DNA of 36,747 bases from positions 1 to 36,747 of the IMG/VR virus record IMGVR_UViG_3300037634_001197. The stretch is one strand, 5' to 3'. Positions 34,792-36,747 of the stretch are shown in pieces. Positions within the stretch are counted from its first letter, which is position 1, and each line of letters opens with the position of its first letter. The notes under the pieces were generated by a model that was given only the letters and a program-made list of their open reading frames with translations, searched no databases and was not told the origin of the DNA. The DNA is from a virus. Lineage: Duplodnaviria > Caudoviricetes. Position numbers and translations under genes: made by a program.

Positions 34792-36747
34792 TTAATTTTT
34801 AATTATTCTACTCATATTACCTTTTTGATTATATTTAGCAATATTTATATTTACTATTGGTCTTTCTATTTTTGCATTTGGCACATATAAATGTTTGTTA
34901 CAAGCCATAACTGCTAAACCAGAACTTATAGTAGCGTCATATTTAGTTCTTTTTGTTATGTCAAACCTTGTCCAATCATTCAGCGTTCTATTAAAATACA
35001 TATCACCAAATGTTCCATCTTGTTGCATACCTACGTGATCTTGAATATACATCTCGATCGCAGCAGCGTGTGCTTGCTTTATATCTTCACTGGAGTTAGG
35101 AATTCCTCCAACTTCTTTTTCTGCTACAGATAATTTATTCCATACTTTATCTGGTCTGTTCATACTAAATCCTCTATAACCTCTACGTCTTAAGTAATAA
35201 AGTAATCTAGGTTTATTATTCTCACAAAGTATTGGCATCCCATAAAAAACAATAGCCATTAACATGTCTTCAAAAAATATCTCTGCTGTTGGTGGCCTTG
35301 ACAAATATTCTAAAAAGAAACTATTTGGAGGTGCGTTTTCCATAGAAAACTTAGTTAATCCATGTAACGCGCCTTTTGAGCCTTCACCATCAACAGTGCC
35401 AGATATATCATAACTATCACAACCAAAAGCTCCAATGTGTTCATTTCCGGGATATCGTACTCCATTTTTTAATATAACTTTATTTTGTAAATGTGTTTCT
35501 GGTGTCCAACTTATTTTGAATCTACCTTGTTGATCTGGATAAAATATAACTTGCGTATCTTTTACACCATTTACCCATTGGAAATTACCTTTTGTAACCC
35601 CAAGGGTTCTAGACATTTCTTCGTTATAATCTATTTGTTCATATATTTTAACTAAATTAAATATACTTCCTTTTGCTTCATCCCTAAACGCGTGTTCTGT
35701 TGTTTTAGGAAATTGGCGATAAAATTCATTTAATGCGTCATGATCACCTTTTAAACCATCGGCTTCATTTTGCCAATGCTCTATAATACCTATATCTATT
35801 AGTTCATTGTCGGGACCGAACACATCGTGGTTTGGTGTATCAAAAACTGGAATTCCGTGCTCATCAATAAATCCTTCGTAGTTCCACTCCATTGGGATAA
35901 ACAGAGAATATAAACCAGACTTCGTTTGGCCATTTCTATTTCTCTTGGTGACATCTGATGCGTTATATAGTTTCTTAAAATTGTCTCCACCTTTATCTAA
36001 TGCGTTTGAAGTTGAGCCCATCATACATTTACCAACAATCCTACTACCTAATCGTAAACATGTTTTTGTAACTCTCCAGTTATTTAATATATTGTCAGGT
36101 CTTTCCCACTTACCACTTTCATCGTGTACTAATAGATTTAGTTTTTCACCATCATAACTATTATCTCCTGTGTTCTTCCAATCAATAGTCGTATCTAAAC
36201 CTTGTATATTCTCTAATTTTTCTTTAGATGTAATTTTTCTTCTTGTAAATTTGCTTGCTGGCACTCTATATGCTAATTCCGTTTTAGGTCGATCCATACC
36301 ATCTTGGATCGGTTTAAAAAAGAATGGGTAGTTTATACTTATAGGTACTACTTTGTCAGTAAACATCTTCTTAGCATCTGCACCTGTTTTAGATAATACC
36401 CCATACCTACTATCACTCGCTAACGTAGCTAAATTAACTGCTTCTGCAGATGACATAAAAGAAAATCCTGAACGTCTGTTCTTTAGATAGCATATACCGT
36501 AACATCTTTTATCTGCTTTACAAGCTTCCCAAAATATATAAAACAATCTATTTGCCTCTCTAAAGTCTGGAGCACCAACATCAATTTTACTCCATTGCAA
36601 GTACATATAATGTGTACCTACTATATACATTGGTTTACCATTGTTTGTAAACCAAAAACCTTCATCCCTTCTTTTAAACTCTTTATCTATATAATCAAAC
36701 CACTTTTCTTTATTTTCGTCTGGATATTCTCTCCAATCAAATATATT
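34792..36747 (-). CDS. terL: Terminase large subunit (5' end outside the window)
   Basis: Walker A-like YLKNRRSGFS, Walker B LLVHDESGKW, motif III GSTSN, RNase H-like AFGCDSYD and YDATISSG. The frame stays open from 36630 to 36747 (NIFDWREYP...EGFWFTNNGKP-MYI). Confidence 0.9.
   Translation of the reverse strand, partial: NIFDWREYPDENKEKWFDYIDKEFKRRDEGFWFTNNGKPMYIVGTHYMYLQWSKIDVGAPDFREANRLFYIFWEACKADKRCYGICYLKNRRSGFSFMSSAEAVNLATLASDSRYGVLSKTGADAKKMFTDKVVPISINYPFFFKPIQDGMDRPKTELAYRVPASKFTRRKITSKEKLENIQGLDTTIDWKNTGDNSYDGEKLNLLVHDESGKWERPDNILNNWRVTKTCLRLGSRIVGKCMMGSTSNALDKGGDNFKKLYNASDVTKRNRNGQTKSGLYSLFIPMEWNYEGFIDEHGIPVFDTPNHDVFGPDNELIDIGIIEHWQNEADGLKGDHDALNEFYRQFPKTTEHAFRDEAKGSIFNLVKIYEQIDYNEEMSRTLGVTKGNFQWVNGVKDTQVIFYPDQQGRFKISWTPETHLQNKVILKNGVRYPGNEHIGAFGCDSYDISGTVDGEGSKGALHGLTKFSMENAPPNSFFLEYLSRPPTAEIFFEDMLMAIVFYGMPILCENNKPRLLYYLRRRGYRGFSMNRPDKVWNKLSVAEKEVGGIPNSSEDIKQAHAAAIEMYIQDHVGMQQDGTFGDMYFNRTLNDWTRFDITKRTKYDATISSGLAVMACNKHLYVPNAKIERPIVNINIAKYNQKGNMSRIIKN

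Noticed and set aside
20851-35990. Short minus-strand ORFs nested in other frames (20851..21051, 24865..25056, 35799..35990)
   Set aside because: Fully inside larger, well-supported genes, with no motifs or initiation context; likely chance ORFs.
2474-36157. The many short plus-strand ORFs in the track (60-102 aa)
   Set aside because: All lie antisense to long minus-strand genes and have Phe/Ser/Leu/Ile-rich shadow composition with no recognisable motifs.
1-36747. Genome-wide stop-codon reassignment (TAG to Gln, as in some crAss-like phages)
   Set aside because: Standard-code ORFs are already long and tile the window. TAG ends two small genes at sensible boundaries, and only one TAG junction (23759) is suspicious.
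34792-36747. Intein or intron in the terminase
   Set aside because: ATPase and nuclease motifs are normally spaced, with no C...HN splice motifs or LAGLIDADG blocks seen.
1-36747. tRNA, rRNA, integrase or IS elements
   Set aside because: Intergenic gaps are at most ~75 nt and are explained by terminators or leaders. No cloverleaf, recombinase or transposase motifs were seen.

Overview
AT-rich window from a tailed dsDNA phage, with all credible genes on the minus strand in one tightly packed virion-morphogenesis operon. Read right to left: terminase large subunit (5'-truncated), portal, putative scaffold, major capsid protein, a conserved 280-aa protein, a 54-aa gene missed by the ORF track, two head-tail ring/adaptor proteins, a tail 'stabilization/muzzle' protein split into two in-frame ORFs, two tail-associated proteins, a GNAT-fold protein, an 861-aa ejection-type protein with an internal S74 autocleavage domain, a 3795-aa polyvalent protein and a cluster of small membrane proteins. 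Gene order and motifs resemble the crAss-like/Bacteroidota podovirus head-tail module. SD-less leaders with A at -3 also suggest a Bacteroidota host. The main candidate novel system is the 3795-aa protein. It looks like a virion-delivered polyprotein: an HExxH zincin-like protease, then ~400-540-aa cassettes (sigma70 region-2-like, HNH-like, HAD phosphatase with a P-loop kinase nested inside, PcfJ/MORN-like), each bounded by a recurring L-x-S-[KRG]-x-L motif that may be a processing site. One cassette is flanked by an in-frame 41-nt direct repeat. All family assignments come from motif recognition by eye; no database searches were run.
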